Assembly: GCF_009914755.1 (NCBI RefSeq)
Contig: NC_060925.1
Reading direction: 5' to 3' (one strand)
DNA from: the human T2T-CHM13v2.0 reference genome, Homo sapiens
DNA: 64,000 nt
The position numbers were made by a program, and so were the translations under genes. Positions within the stretch are counted from its first letter, which is position 1. Each line of letters opens with the position of its first letter. The notes under the pieces are model-generated. The model did no database searches. It saw only the letters and a list, made by a program, of their open reading frames with translations, and had not been told where the DNA came from. This document shows, one piece after another, positions 40,553 through 63,730 of this stretch.

Positions 40553-43028
40553 ACATACGCGTCTCTGAAGTCATATAAATATAGAATACCTTATAGTAGA
40601 TCAGCATTAAATACCAGTCACTGTGTTTATATAACTTAATTTGTGCTGTAGACAAAGTTCTGTACATGTAACATGTGGCCATGCCCAGGCATCCCAACAT
40701 CTATCCTGAAGTCAGTGTAAAGACATCCTTAAGTGGTGGAGACATGACAGCCCAGAACCCACAGCAGAGGGAAACTGGGGAGAGGAGGGGGCCTGACCCT
40801 GGATCCCCCAGCTGGTGTCCACAGGCTAGAGGGACCCATTGCTGCAGAGGCTGGTGCCTGGTTTTCCCCATACTTGGTCTTCTAAACCCAAAGACAGGGT
40901 CCTGATGGTGGAGACCTGGGTAGGTCCGGAGGACAGACACAGGAGAGGGCACAATCCCAAGCGCAGCTCTCCTGCACTGGCTCGCACCACAGCCCTCATC
41001 TGAGTGGCCGACACAAGCCTGGAGTACGGCAGCTGCCAACCACAGCAAAGCCGCAAAAAAGACTGAGAAAACAGGAACCCAGAGTTCCACAGGGGCAAGG
41101 CCTCGCAGACCAGCCAAGCCCGAGATGCCCTGTGCTGGCAGTCATCACAGTCTGGACAGCATGTCCTTCCGTGGGTGCCCAGCTCAGTGCCTGGAACGGT
41201 CAGGGATTGAGGGCGTAGCCAACCTTGTATGGCCAAACCCAGCCCTTACGCCCCTGCTGACAAGGGAGACAAGCTGCCCCGCTGAACTCCAACAACCTCT
41301 GGGTGGGCTCAGCAGCCCCTAGGAAGTTAAGCGAGAGCTACAGGGCAGGGGGGCTCCCTGAGGGAGTTTGCACAGACCAGGAGGGGCCAAGGGGTAGCCC
41401 CAAGGGAGCAGAGGAAGGAGAAGGGCAGGAAAAGGTCCAGGGCACAGGGCAAGCAACAGTGCCAGAGGGTGCCTGGTCACAGGAAGCCCAGCTGCATGTT
41501 CCATGCTGCCCACAGGACTCCCAGCCAGGCCCCAGCAGGCCTGGACAGTGCTGGGCCCCCATCCTCGGCCTTCCCAGCACAGCAGGTGCTGGAAGATGAC
41601 CATGACCCAAGCGAGAAGAGCCGCCATGAACTGTGGTCATACCAGCCAGGGCGTTCTAGGACAAGACTTCCTAACCCGACAGCAATGACATCCACAGTGT
41701 ATGGACTGGGCTCTTGAGGAGCACGAGGGAGAGGCCAGGCAGCCCTGTCAGGGGTCCTGGGACATATTAAGGCAACCAGCCACGCCATCTGGCCAGCACA
41801 AGGGACTTAAGTGCAATCTGCTAAGTGACAGTGCTAAGACTGTCTTCCTGCTGAGAACATCTCTACGAGTTAGTTCACTAGAAAAGGCAATAAACATTTG
41901 CTTTAACCTTCTTTAACCAGGAAAATGCAGTCTAAATGCCCTCTTCTCTAAAAAGGAGGCAAGGACAAAAACTCAAGCCAAGGCTACTTTGGGTACTTTG
42001 AGGGGAAACTGACCATTTCCAAGAGAAACCCAGGGGCTGCCAAGCTGCGGCATTCACCCTCCTGCAGAAAGCTTTGGCAATGGGACTTCTTAGACTGGAC
42101 AAATCAAACAAAGCTGACCCTGTAGAGCTCCTTCTTCTTCCCACTTCTTCTAAGGTCAAACTGCAAGCATTTTCAACTTTGGAACCAACCACCAAAGCCA
42201 CCTCCTGCCCAGGACTTCCTTTAGAAGCAGTGGGACTCCTCACGCGCAGGCCCAGCAAGGGCTTGGGCACCCGCAGCTGTCTGCTTGGCTGGGTGTCAAT
42301 GATCACCTCCCAGGGCCTCCCGGGAAGGAGAGGGTGAGAGGTGAGGACGCAAGAGCCAGTCAGGGGGTAGGAGCAGGGGGCTATGGCTGAGGAGGCCCAG
42401 CATCTGATAGGACCACATCCTCTTCACCCTCCAAGCCCACACCCCTGCTCATGTCCCACTGTTCTGGGTGCAGCCTCTGGAGGGCAGCCCTCTGAGGTGT
42501 TTTGATGTAAGCCCCTGGCAGGGGCCAGGAGCTAGGGAGGCAGGCTCCCCACACCTCTGGACATGGAATTTGGGACCCCACTTCAGCCCGTCTGCCTGGT
42601 CCGCTGCTCCAGGTTCAGGCCATCCTCAGCCTCATGGGAGGACCCCTTCTCCCTTCACGCGTCCCTCCCAAGTCATCGTCCTCTCCCAAGGTGGGAACAA
42701 GTAGGTGCAGATGACAACGGCAGGAGGGGTGTGCGCCGCGTGGGTGAGCTGTGATCCGCGGGGTGGGGGTGACCTCCAAGACCCAGAAACATGTGCTGGC
42801 AGGAAAGTGGCTCTTCCTCAACTGCAGGGAGGGCGTTCCCGACGGCCTCTGATTCAGGCTCTCAAGGTACAGAAACCTTCCAGGTAATGGATCCTGGGCT
42901 GGCTTCGCCACCCAAGAGCCTGTGCTCCTCCTGTGAGCCCAACGTGTCCTTGTGCACAAAGGAGTGGGGCACTGCCCCGCAGAGGTGCCAGTTACCTGCA
43001 CCGAGGCCCGTGCCGGGCCAGACTGGGG

Positions 43029-43322
43029 CTAGTGCAGCTCATCGGGGTCCCGCGGCGGCCGGGGTCGGCCTGGGTCCATGTCATCGCTGCCACTGTCCAA
43101 CTCGAAGCCACGCCCACCCGAGAAGGTCTGGGGCATGAACTGGCGGAAGATGCTGACACTGCCATGCCAGAAGGTGGGTTCTGGGAGCCGCCCCACCACG
43201 CTCCACGCGCGAGTCTCTGGGTCATAGGCCTCTACCACGTCCGAGAGTTCAAATGTATTGTCGTATCCCCCAGAGACGTACAGCTTCCCCCCAAGGACGG
43301 CCAGGCTGCCCCCCACATGTAC
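43029..43322 (-). CDS. KLHL21: KLHL21 exon 4 (last kelch repeat, stop)
   Basis: cacag|GTACAT; 294 nt; [20 protein letters not shown]...PDELH*; joined CDS 1794 nt = 597 aa. Confidence 0.96.
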
Positions 43323-44147
43323 CTGTGGGCCAAAGGGATGAGTGAGTGGAGGTCAGAGGAGAGGGTAGGGCAGGGCCCCACCTGGGGAACCACTGGAGAC
43401 AAGGCATGCCCTGTCAGTACCCCAGAGGGGTGGCCTTGGCTCTCCCAGAAAGCAGCAGAGAGGCCAACCCCTTTCCAACACCCTGCCTAGGAGAACGGGC
43501 CTCCCCGGAGGCAGCTGGGCCTTCCCTATGGTGATGAGGGTGCCCGCTGCAGCGCCAGGCCTCCCCGTGTGCAGGTCGTGCCGAGCAGCGCTTCCTACGT
43601 TCTCTCTCAGAATCTCTGCAGTGGCCCTCTGGGCTGAGCAGTGCTGTTCTCCCCATGTTACAGATGGGAAAACTGAGGCTTGCATGGCTGACAGTGGCAG
43701 AGCTGGGCTCTGAACCGCGAGGCTGGATGATTCCTTCCATCTTTCCCAAATTCGCTATGACTATGTGCAGCTTACTGCGGGGAAAACAGAACGCTGGGTC
43801 TCTTAAATGCCAGGACATTAAGCTGTGATGTAAGCTGTGAGGCTGGATGTCACGGAGTGTAGGTTTGGAAATGTTAACAGACACACAGGAAAGAAGGCTG
43901 TAGGCAATATGATGTGTACCTCAGACTAACACTGCTCACATGGCCAAATGGCACTGAAGCCTCCCTGTCCCATCACTGTCAGGCTGGGCACCCCTCTTCT
44001 CAACAAGCCCAGAGAGAAGGGGTGGACCCTGGTTGTCCTATTCAGAACACACAGCAAGTGCTCAACACAAGTATTCCCACAGTGGGCTGGGCATGGTGGC
44101 TCATGCCTGTAATCCCAGCACTTTGGGAGGCTGAGCCAGGCAGATCA

Positions 44148-44426
<279 letters not shown>

Positions 44427-45148
44427 TCACGCCTATAATCCTAGCACTTTGGGAGGCTGAGACAGGAGGGTCACTTGAGGCCAGGAGTGTGAGACCAGCC
44501 TGGGTAACACAGCAAGACCCTGTCTCTATAAAAATTTTAAGAATATCCTTTTGTATCTACATATGAGAAAAAAAATTACTGGGTGTGGTGGCACACGCCT
44601 GTAGTCTCAGCTATTCAGGAAGGTGCGGTGGGAGGACTGCGAGTCAAGGAGGTGGAGGCTGCAGTGAGCCATGATTGTACCACTGCACTCCAGCCTGGGT
44701 GACAGAGCAAGACCCTGTCTCAAAAATAAAAAAGGTAGGTCACAGACCTCATGCTGACTCTGCTCCGGCCACATGGGCTGCTGGTGTATCTAAGAACACG
44801 CCAGGGTGCCCTGCTGCAGGGCCTCTGTACCTGCTGTCCCTCTCTGGAACAGGTGTCCCCAGATGACTGTATGCCTTGCTCCCTCACTTCCTTCTGCTCT
44901 CTGGCTCACAGCAGATACTCAATAAACACTGCTCAAATGTGTACTAAGCTGTGTAATCATAGGGTATTACTTAACATCTGTGTCTCAGTGAGCCTTAAGT
45001 GCAAAATAAGGGTAAGAGCAGCCTTCTATTAATTGAGATGAGACCCACCCATCATGGCTGTGGATCCCAAACACTCATCACGATGACACTTGGGTTGCAA
45101 AATCAGGACCAGCCTGTGCTTCCAATGCTGGCCCGCCTGAAAATTTAC

Positions 45149-45221
45149 CTGATTCATGGACGGGATCTTGTCCCATTCGTTCCTCGTCGGGTTGTACACG
45201 TCCACCTCAGCGGAGTCATCC
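45149..45221 (-). CDS. KLHL21: KLHL21 exon 3
   Basis: cacag|GGAT ... CAG|gtaaat; 73 nt; DDSAEVDVYNPTRNEWDKIPSMNQ. Confidence 0.95.
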
Positions 45222-45916
45222 CTGTGGAGGGGGCAGCAGGAGGACAACTGCTCAGAGCGAGGAGGAAGTGCACACATGCAGGGCTGGAGCAGAGTCCTCC
45301 CCTGGGTCACTGACTCCTCCAGTGACCTGGATCTTTCTGATGCCATCCAGCAGCACCCTTGCCAGGTAGGCTCCATCCCCAGCTCTTAGGAGCCAATTTC
45401 AGCCCCCTGTGCCCACTCAGCCAGGGCTCCAGGGCCAGAACTCTCACTCCCAAACCTGAAGATCAGGCTTTTGAGTACTTGAAGCCCATTCAGTGCCTCC
45501 CCATCACCCAGTACCAAGGTGGCTGTCCCCCACCCCCCAAGCCTACAGTAGCTCCCTTGAGATCTTAAAGAAGCCTCCTTGCTCCACTGTGCATCCCCAC
45601 AGGCCCTGGAACACTCCTTGCCACTGTCCCCAATATCACTATGAGCCCCCAACCCTGTCCTGTTCACTACTATGTTGAAGTACCCCTCACTTTGGGGTCA
45701 AGACCCTTCAACTTCATCTGACACCCTTTATATCCCCACAGTAAAAGGCTCAAAGGCACAGCCTTGAAAAGCAAAGATGCAGGCCAGGCACTGTGGCTCA
45801 CGCCTGTAATGCAGCACTTTGGGAGGCCGAGGCTGGTGGAGTGCCTGAGGTCAGGAGTTCGAGACCAGTCTGGCCAACACGATGAAACCCCGTCTCTAGT
45901 GAAAATACAAAAATTA

Positions 45917-46096
<180 letters not shown>

Positions 46097-47944
46097 TCAA
46101 AAACAAAAAAAAGAAACAAAGATACTACAAGACAAACAACAGTAGTTGTGAACCTGACACGGCAGCACAAAACCAGCCACAGACAATGCATAGACACGAG
46201 CCTGGCTGTGTGCCAAGAAAACTATCCATGGACAGACATTTACATCTCGTCTAACTTGAAATGTTATTCCTGATTTTTTGCCCCCAATCATTTCAAAATG
46301 TCAAAGTCACCCTCAGTTTGTGGGCCCTGTGGTGGTGGTGATGATGATGATGATTACACCCTGGAACCTGCTAGGCTGCCCTGTCTTTCCCCAGCAGAGA
46401 CTTGCAAACCACAGCCCAGAGGCTGGACAGAGCTCGCCGGCATTCCCAGAGGGGGCTACTGCACCCCAGCCAAGGAGGCATTTTGTACCAGAACCAAGGG
46501 GAGGGAGGCCCAGGTCATTTGTGGGTCACATGGACAACGGCTGAGGCTGTGGCCTCCCTGAGAATGGCACGTCCTAGGCACAAGCTGCCCAAAGACAGGT
46601 GGTGTTCTGGGCAGAGGGTTATGTGGCTCTTGAAGAGCCAAAGTGCGCAGACAAAGTGACACCGGGACAAATAGCCCAGGGGGACCAGCCCCAAGCAGGG
46701 CCCCTGCATGCTTAGCCTTCTCTTTAGGGCTCAAGCAGCTTCCACTCAGGCTGAGCCTGGGCGCCCCTCCTCTGTGCTCCGGCACAGGTCACACTGGTAA
46801 GATGAACGCATGCAGCCTTTCCAGAGCACTGCCTCCTCCCACACGTGCAAGTGGCTTAGGAAACCCCTGGAAAGGTCAGCAGTGGGTGGGGGTGGCGGGG
46901 CAGACCCTCATGCTTCCCTATGGGAAGGTTAACCCAGCAGGCAGACCTCCCTGGCGCACATCTTCACATCTTGCTCTAGGACAGATGGGGGAGGGGAGGA
47001 GGACTCTCAAAGACACTGGGCCTGGAACCACTGCCTAGGGGCCGAAAGGAAGGTTCTGGCCCTCTGATAAGTTGTATTTATAGCCATCTCCACCCCCTCT
47101 TTGAAGACACCTTCACAACTTGGGGGAGGGAGAGCCGGGCAAAGGGTCAGATGATGTTTTATAATGGGACCAGAGCTGGCTGAGATTCCAGGGCTTTCTC
47201 AGAGCAAGACCATTGGTTCTGGGCATGTGGTGGTGCCCAGCTACTTGCGTGACAAGCAACGCCACCCCTGTTCTTCTTGGTGCTCACTCCAAAAGCCTGG
47301 TAAGGAGCCTCCTGTCTGGGGGGATGGTGGGGCAGATGCCAAGGCCAGGGCAGCTCTGGCAGTGCGAGGCAGGGGGCCAAGGAGCAGGGAGCTCACATCC
47401 CCCAAGCTCCCCATTCAAAGCCCCAGCACGAAAGGGCACAGTGGGGACTGTCATTCAGTTCTTCCCCTTCCCTCCTGGACCCAGAGCTTCAGGCAGGCTC
47501 TAGGCTGGGAGGGAGCAGCAGGATTATGTGAACAAGCAGCGGAGTACAGCAGGGAGGGGCTGCCCCGTGCCATCATTGATGCCCAGAAACCAGCCGGAGG
47601 CAGCATTTGGCTGTGACCAGACAGGTCATCAAGGCCAGCAGACATATGATGACCCGCAGGCTGCCTGTCTCTGCTCCGTGCTGCTCAGCCTACAGCCTAC
47701 TCTTGCTGGAAGAGCTCAACTCCACCACCTGTGAAATCGCTTAAGAAAGCCTGGGGTTTTCCTTAAACCCAAAGGAATGGAACAAGCACTGTGGGCTCCG
47801 AAAGACCAGGCCTGGCTGGGTGTGGGGGCTCACACCTACAATCCCAGCACTCTGGGAGGCAGGAAATGTGAGACGATTGTTTGAAGCTAGGAATTTGAGA
47901 CCAGCCGGGGCAATACAGCGAGACCCTGTCTCTACAAAAAGTTA

Positions 47945-48280
<336 letters not shown>

Positions 48281-48327
48281 TCACGCCCGTAATCCCAGCA
48301 CTTTGGGAGGCCAAGGCGGACCGATCA

Positions 48328-49116
<789 letters not shown>

Positions 49117-49682
49117 CTGCCAGGACGCATGACAGGCAGAAGATCAGCCCACTCAGGTGAGTCACCCACCTGCACCCTCCCGAACTTCCGCAAGGGCCTC
49201 TGCCTTGGGAGGAATTAACATCACTGGGCTTCACCCCAGACGCACACCCTCTCCCCAAAAGCCCAGGCCACATGTTGTGGCTAAGGCAAAGCACACGCTG
49301 ACCACTGTCCAGCGAGATGACTGCTGCCAAGCCTCTACCAAACAAAGGTCCTGAGTGCAATGCTGGAAGAATCCAGCAGCCTCCTCTGGACACCGCCCCC
49401 CAGCCATACATACACCTCAGCAGACCAGAGCCCTGGGCCTTGGGACAGTTCTCCTGGGGAGCCACAGAGCTTGTCAGCAGGGCACACAGGGACTTGCTCA
49501 CTAACTCCTAGGCTTCCTGGGCACCCTCCAAGCAAGGTTCTGCCAGGACAAGATGAGCGGAAACCCACTTCCTGCTTTAAGCAAGAGACCTAACGCTACA
49601 CTGCGAGGCCACTTCTCGATTCTGGTGCAGGTTACAAAGCTGTGTTTGGTTTAGAAAAATCCACGAAGCTGTGTAAGTATAA

Positions 49683-49946
<264 letters not shown>

Positions 49947-51460
49947 TGATCCACCCACCTTGATATCCCAAAGTGCTGGGATTACAAAGAGCCACTGCAC
50001 CCGGCCCGTATTTTCAATTTCAATAAAAAGCTAAGAATAAAAAGTGGTACTGGCTGTAATCGTAAATTACACCAGGTCTATTAGAAACCCCAGGACATGA
50101 AGGGACCCCAAGCATCCTGGGGGCTGTACCCCTTGGCCTCCCAGGCTGGCGCCACAGGACAGAGCGGACAAGACATTCTGTTTCACAGCCCTGAGCTCTA
50201 AAGGGAGAAAAGCAAGTTCTTGTTCTTAGGAAGTGAGCTCTGCCGGCCTCCTCCCTTCCATGGAGCTGTGTGAAAGGCAGCTGAAAGGAATGAACCAGCC
50301 ACCTGCCTAAACCCAAGGGATTAACTGCTCTGCTGGGACATTTATGGAAGGGTGTGCAGAAAGCTGGGGCCAGTGTGGCCAGTTCTGGGAAGAAATTATC
50401 TGCTCAAAGCCACTGGTCAGACTTTCAGAAGAGGGGAGGGACACGGTCCCCAATCAACTTGGGGACAACCTTGGATTGGAAAGAGGCACAGATTCTGGCA
50501 GAACCCAGCAGAGGCTGGACTCAGAGCAGCAGGCTAAGGAAGCTGTGGCAACAGAATCCAGCAACTGTCCCACCTGACACCTCAGAGCCCCACTGGAACT
50601 CGGAGCACGTCCCAGAGTGGGCTCTCTCGCGAACATGCAAGGCTGGGCACAGCAGCTGTGACATCCCAGTCCCCACCTCCTTGCCTGATAACCGCCTCAC
50701 ACGCCTGCCTGGTGGGTTCTTTCCTTATATAGCAGTCACAGAGACCGCCCTTCCTCACCCCGACAAAGGAGGTAGCCTCGTGTTTGAACTGGGATTTATC
50801 TTTAATAAAAACCGTAGAAGCCCAAACTCAGGCGGACTGGGACCCGCCTACCATGACTCGGCAGTGTTTTGGGGTTTGGGCCAAGTAACTGGAAGAAAAC
50901 CTCTTAACATGTGACCATGTTTACAGGCTCCGGGGAGTTCAGCCTAAACACCATGTGACCAGAGCACAGAGCCTAGGTGCAAGCCCAAGGGAACCTTGTC
51001 ACCGGGTGACAAAGAGTGAGTCAGGGGGCCCGGTGTGGCTCAGCAGGGAGGGAGAAATTCCCCGGCTTGTGGGGAACAGATGCCTCACCGGGCGTCGGCC
51101 TCCTGCCCGTCCCTGGATTCCTTAAGGAGAAAAAGAAAGCACCCATTGTGCGGGGTGAATGCCCCAGTATCTTCCAACCAAGTGGGGAGGCACCTCCTGG
51201 GCACGGAGTTGGCTCAGCCTGGCAGCCCCGGCCGCACGGGGCACAGAGACCCACAAGCAGCTACTTGTCCCGGCTCACACAAGGGGCCCTTCTTCAAGGT
51301 TAAAAGTATCGCCCAGAGACATGTAGTCACCAGAGCCCCAGCTTGGACTCAGGTGCGCCCCTAGGATTCCAGGCTCTGTGCGCTTCCCCCGCGAATAGCT
51401 GGGCTCCCGTACCGGCGAGGTTCAACCCCAGAGAGCCTGCCCAGCCCCTGGCCCACTCAC

Positions 51461-52481
51461 CCGTCACGTAGATGTCATTGCCCAGCGCCACGATGCTGTA
51501 GCCTCCGCCCAGGTGGTCTGGGAACTCGGCCAGGTAGCGCCACTGACCCGTCTGCGGGTTGTAGCAGTCGACAGTGACCAGCTCGTCACAGTCCTGGTCG
51601 CAGCCGCCCACGAGCACGAGGATCTCGGCGAGACCGGTGGACGGGCGAGGACGCATTCGGGGACAGGGCCCGCGGTCGTGGCGGTCGTAGCGCGCCGCCT
51701 GGAAGTCGCGCGCCTCGCGCAGCAGGCGCAGGCAGGGTGGGCAGCGCGCCACCAGCGGCTCGGCCTCGACGTGCGCCAACAGGTAGAAGCGGCGCACGAA
51801 GGGCAGGCGCACGGCCTCCAGCAGCTGCGGCCAGTGCGCGGCGCGGCGCGGCGGGTCAGCGCGGACCCAGCGCAGCGCCAGCTGGTAGGCGGCCTCCTCC
51901 TTGGGCACACACAGCCCGTCGTCCCGCAGGTAGCGCAGCAGGCGCGCCAGTGGCAGCCGCTCCAGCTGCTCGGCGCCCAGCTCGCCCACGTGGCGCAGAA
52001 TGAACCGCTGCGCCGCGCTCGCCAGTCCCGAGCAGCTGAAGGCCTCAGCGAAGTCCTGCATGTCCAGGCAGTTGGCCAGGTCGAGCTGCTGCTGCAGGAA
52101 GGCCCCGCACGCCTCCTTCACGGCCGGGAACTGCAGCAGGTCGGCGGCGCGCAGCAGCGGCTCAGCGTTGTCGCCGCTTACCGCCACGCGGCCCGTGTAG
52201 CTGAAGTCCAGCAGCAGCTGCAGCATGTCGGGAGGCACTCCGTGCAGGCGCACCCGCTCGGCGCGGCTCTCGCGCAGCTGCCCCGCGAACATGGCGCGGA
52301 AGTAGGGGCTGGCGGCGGCCAGCACCGCACGGTGCGCCGGGAAGTCGCGCCCGCCCGCCGCCTCCAGGGTCACGTCCAGGAACTTGCGCTCGGCGCGCAG
52401 CTGGCTCAGGCCGCGCAGCAGGCTCAGGGCGTGCGCGGGGTCCGAGAAGGGAAGCACGGCCAGGGGCGCCGGTCGCTCCAT
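51461..52481 (-). CDS. KLHL21: KLHL21 exon 1 (BTB, BACK, first kelch repeat); CUL3 substrate adaptor
   Basis: [29 protein letters not shown]...[19 protein letters not shown]; donor CGG|gtgagt; 1021 nt. Confidence 0.97.
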
Positions 52482-52529
52482 GGCGCCTTCGATAGGTTGT
52501 CGAGGACGCCGCGGCCGGGGCCTGCGGAG

Positions 52530-53450
52530 AGACGCGGCGCGCTAGGCACCGCTGCTATAAATAGGGCGGGGCGCCGCGGCTCTCGAGGGGCGGGATGGGC
52601 GGGGAGACGTCTGCACCGCCCCCTTAACCCCTCTGTGCCGGGCGCCACCGCCCCCCGCGAGCGCGGGCTCGCCTGTCCCCCGCGCGGCGCCCGCCCCCGG
52701 CTCCGCAGGCTGAGTCACCGCTGTCCGCGGCCGGCTCCCTCCCTCCGCCCTTCTGCGTCTCCCCGCTGACGCCCGGGCCGGGGACAGCGAGTGACAAGTG
52801 CCAGGTCCGAGGGCGGCCTCGCCGCGCGCCGGGACCGGGGGCCTCCCGGGGTTGCCCACGACCCACCCGGCCCGGCTGCTGAACCCAACCCGGGAGAGGC
52901 GAGCTCGGCCCTGAAACCAAAGCCACCCCTCCTTTCACGCCAGACTTCCCAAGGGCGCCGGCCCAGGTCCCGGGGCGGCTGGGTACAATGGCTTTTTGTT
53001 TTGCTTTTGAGTTCCACTAGTTTCAAGGGTTGCTAGTTAACCCCATCACGGGACACACTCAAAGGATAGGCTTTTTACCATTCTGGACCAAAGCAAGAAC
53101 GCGTATAAAGTTTTTCGGTGACGTTTTTTTCTTGGCGCATTTATAAGCGACCCGGGGCCGGATTCCAGGAGTCGGCCCCACTCCTGTGTTCCTGAAGGAG
53201 CTTCTGACTCAATCACACAGGCGTTAACTTTAGTCGGCTTCACGCGCAGTTGTAGTTTCCGAGTCTGCGTCGCAGCTGCAGGCTCCGGGGCTGCCCGCCC
53301 TAGGGGCTCCCGGGCCTCCCTGAAGCAGCTGCTCGGACTCCACGAGAGGGTAACTGGGTATAAAGAGCGAGGGCTCAAAGTCAGATAGGAGACCGCCTTG
53401 AAACTAGATGACGCCACTAAGCACAGTCCCGCCGTCACTTGTACTGCGGT
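52530..53450 (-). promoter_or_regulatory. KLHL21 CpG-island promoter
   Basis: TATA-like TATTTATA at 52563-52556 next to a GC box; AP-1/ARE GTGACTCAGC at 52718-52709. Confidence 0.75.
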
Positions 53451-54399
53451 GGGGAATGGTGAAAGAAGGAATCGCCCTTATTTTAGTTCCGATAGACACA
53501 GCACCACTTTGAATGTCACTTGTAGGGGAAAAAGAGCCCTCCCTTGGAGGCCATTTTTTCCTCAGTGGAAGGTAGGCTTTGCTCAGTTTTAGAAAAGACC
53601 CCTATTTCACCACCAGGACTGCTGCTTTGCAGAGAACACTTGGGTTTGTGCTGTTTTCCAGCCCCCCTACACCGGTGGGCCTTTGAGAACGCATTCCTGA
53701 GGAAGGCGCCCGCCCACGTGGGTCCCAGAGCAGGCCACGCGCATGGGAGCTGGCTATCATTTCCTGGTTCCAGCGAGGTCTAGGGCCGCGTAGCGTTTCC
53801 AGAAGACATTTTGTTTTTATTCCACCTCTGAAATGAGAACCGCAGGCTTTCTCTTCTACTTAAGAGTTTCACGTCATTTTGCCATAAGAATGCATCTGGT
53901 CTGAATTTCAGGGTGAGCATGGGCAGCACAGGCCCAAATCAGAAAACATTCAGGTACCCAGGCGGGCCGCCTGTTGCCCATAGAAGGACTGTTCACACAG
54001 CTATTCAAGGCAGCGGCAGCATTCCTGGGCCCAGGAGCAGGGCCAATAGCTTCCTTGCACAGGCTTTGTGACAAGAAAGGCTGAGTAGCCAGGAAGTGGA
54101 ATGTTTGTAGGGAAAAGAACTCCCGTCCCCTGGGTCAGCTTACCCATCTTGCGTAAGTCCAGTGATTAAATCAATAATGTTTCCATAGTTGAGGATTGAG
54201 TACGGTTTTTCTGTATTCCCAATAACAGGGATTTTTAAACATCATATTTCAGTCTTACTATGTAGCCTTGAAGAATAATGATGTATTTATTGAAATGGAA
54301 AGATGTTTGAGCTATAAAGCGAAAAATCAGATTACTCATTGTATGACCCAAATTGATTTATATGTATTCATATGCCTAAAAAAATTTATTAAGTTAACA

Positions 54400-62131
<7,732 letters not shown>

Positions 62132-62379
62132 TAAGATTAACACCATCTCCTAACTATTAAATATCTTCATCAGAATGATCATAACCCTTGAAATAGCAAC
62201 AGCCAGCTTGATGGAGCATTCGGCGCCTGTCAAATATCTTACTAGTATCTCCAAGAGTTCGTTTTCTAATTTGAATTTTCAATTTTGTGTCACTCCCCTT
62301 TAACTTCTTCGAAGCTACCAAACAGGTTACTGAATCATCTGCGTTTTGTACTTACCTTTTTCCCCCACTTTCGAATATT

Positions 62380-63730
62380 AAAAATGTTCCCGTCAGACCG
62401 CCTTTTGGTCACCGCATAGGGGCAGTCCCCACCGTGTCCGGCCAGCCTTCCACACGTACAGCTGTCGGATACTCTGCGGTCCAGCGTTTACACACTGCCC
62501 ATCCCAGTTAAACACCACTAAACAAGTACCAGTCGATGCCAGCGCCAAACACCGCGTCTCCGCCTCGCCCTGCGGGCCGGAGGATATTCAGGAGAGTGGG
62601 AAAACGGCCGGTCCCAAGGTTAGGCTTAGGCGGCAACAGAAAGCAAACTGAACGCACACCTCTTTAGAACACTGACAACGCTGGCCCGGTGTTTTTAATG
62701 CACGAACCCGGCCACCTCGAGTGAATCCCGCAGATGCCTAGAGAAGAGCCCGGTCCAGTCCCGGCCCCGCGGGCCCGGAGCAGGGAGCCGCACGAAGCCC
62801 GCAGCCGCGAAAACAACTTCGCTGAGCCCGGCCTGGAGCGGGGGCCGGGCGGCGACTCCGCCCTCAGCGGGGAGCGGGGAGCGGGGAGCGATGCCCGGGG
62901 CGGCCGCGACGTCAGCGTCCCCGCCCCTGCCGCCCCTACTCCCGGCCAGGCCTCGGGGACCCCCGCCCCACAAAGGGGCGCGAACCCCAAGTAGGAGACG
63001 AGGAAGGGTAGGTGCCAGCCGCCGCCGCCCTTCGCAACCCGGGCCGTCAGCCCCGCCCCCACCGCCGCAGCGACTCCCGCCCCCGCGCCCGCCGAGACCA
63101 AGGCGCTACCGCTCACACTGCCCCTCCCCCCGCGGCCGAGCCGGCGCGGGCCCCCGCACCTCCCCCGCTCGCGCGGCCTCGAGTCCAGAAGACCCGCCTC
63201 CACACACCGGGGCCGCCGCCGCGGAGCCTCATGGGGGTTGGAGTCCCCAAGGTTTCCTTTGTGCGCAGTATTGGCGGGGCCTTGGACTACCACTCCCACA
63301 AGGCACCGCGCCCGCCTCCCGCGCCACGCCCCCTCGCCGCTGGCTTCCAGTCGCCACCCAGACTACATTTCCCGACAGGCCTCCCGGCTCTCCCGCCCTC
63401 CCTCCCGAGACACGAGCCGAACTGGGCGTCAGGTCGGGGAGCCGGTCGGGTTCCCGCTCACCGCCGCCGCCGCCGCCCCCTGCAGCCACTCTCCCGCCTC
63501 TACCGCCGCGGGAGCTGCATCGTCCACTCCGGTCGGCGGTGGAACCGCCAGTCCGGGGTCACAGAGCTTGAGAAGCGACGCGCTGAGCCCCCCATCACCT
63601 CCAGCCCGGGCGACCCCTCCCGGGTCCGCCCTCGCCCTGCGCAGCCGCCCGAGCCCCCAGCCCCGGGCGGCCCCGCTCCAGCATCCCAGCTCCTGCACTC
63701 TCGCAGCCGCCGCCGCCCCCCGCCCGGAAC
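62380..63730 (+). promoter_or_regulatory. PHF13 CpG-island promoter and 5'UTR with two ZNF143-type motifs
   Basis: GACTACCACTCCCACAAGGCA at 63285-63305 and GACTACATTTCCCGACAGGC at 63361-63380; multiple GC boxes. Confidence 0.75.

Noticed and set aside
40701-41117. 138-aa ORF with a hydrophobic N-terminus in the KLHL21 3'UTR
   Set aside because: Starts at TTG, lies in a 3'UTR, and has no recognisable homology
51513-52769. 418-aa ORF antisense to KLHL21 exon 1
   Set aside because: Mirror frame of a CDS with very high GC at third codon positions; GTG start, no recognisable domain
62422-62432. Reverse complement GTGGGGACTGC resembles the U1 snRNA 3' stem
   Set aside because: Only ~11 nt match; no Sm site or other U1 sequence nearby
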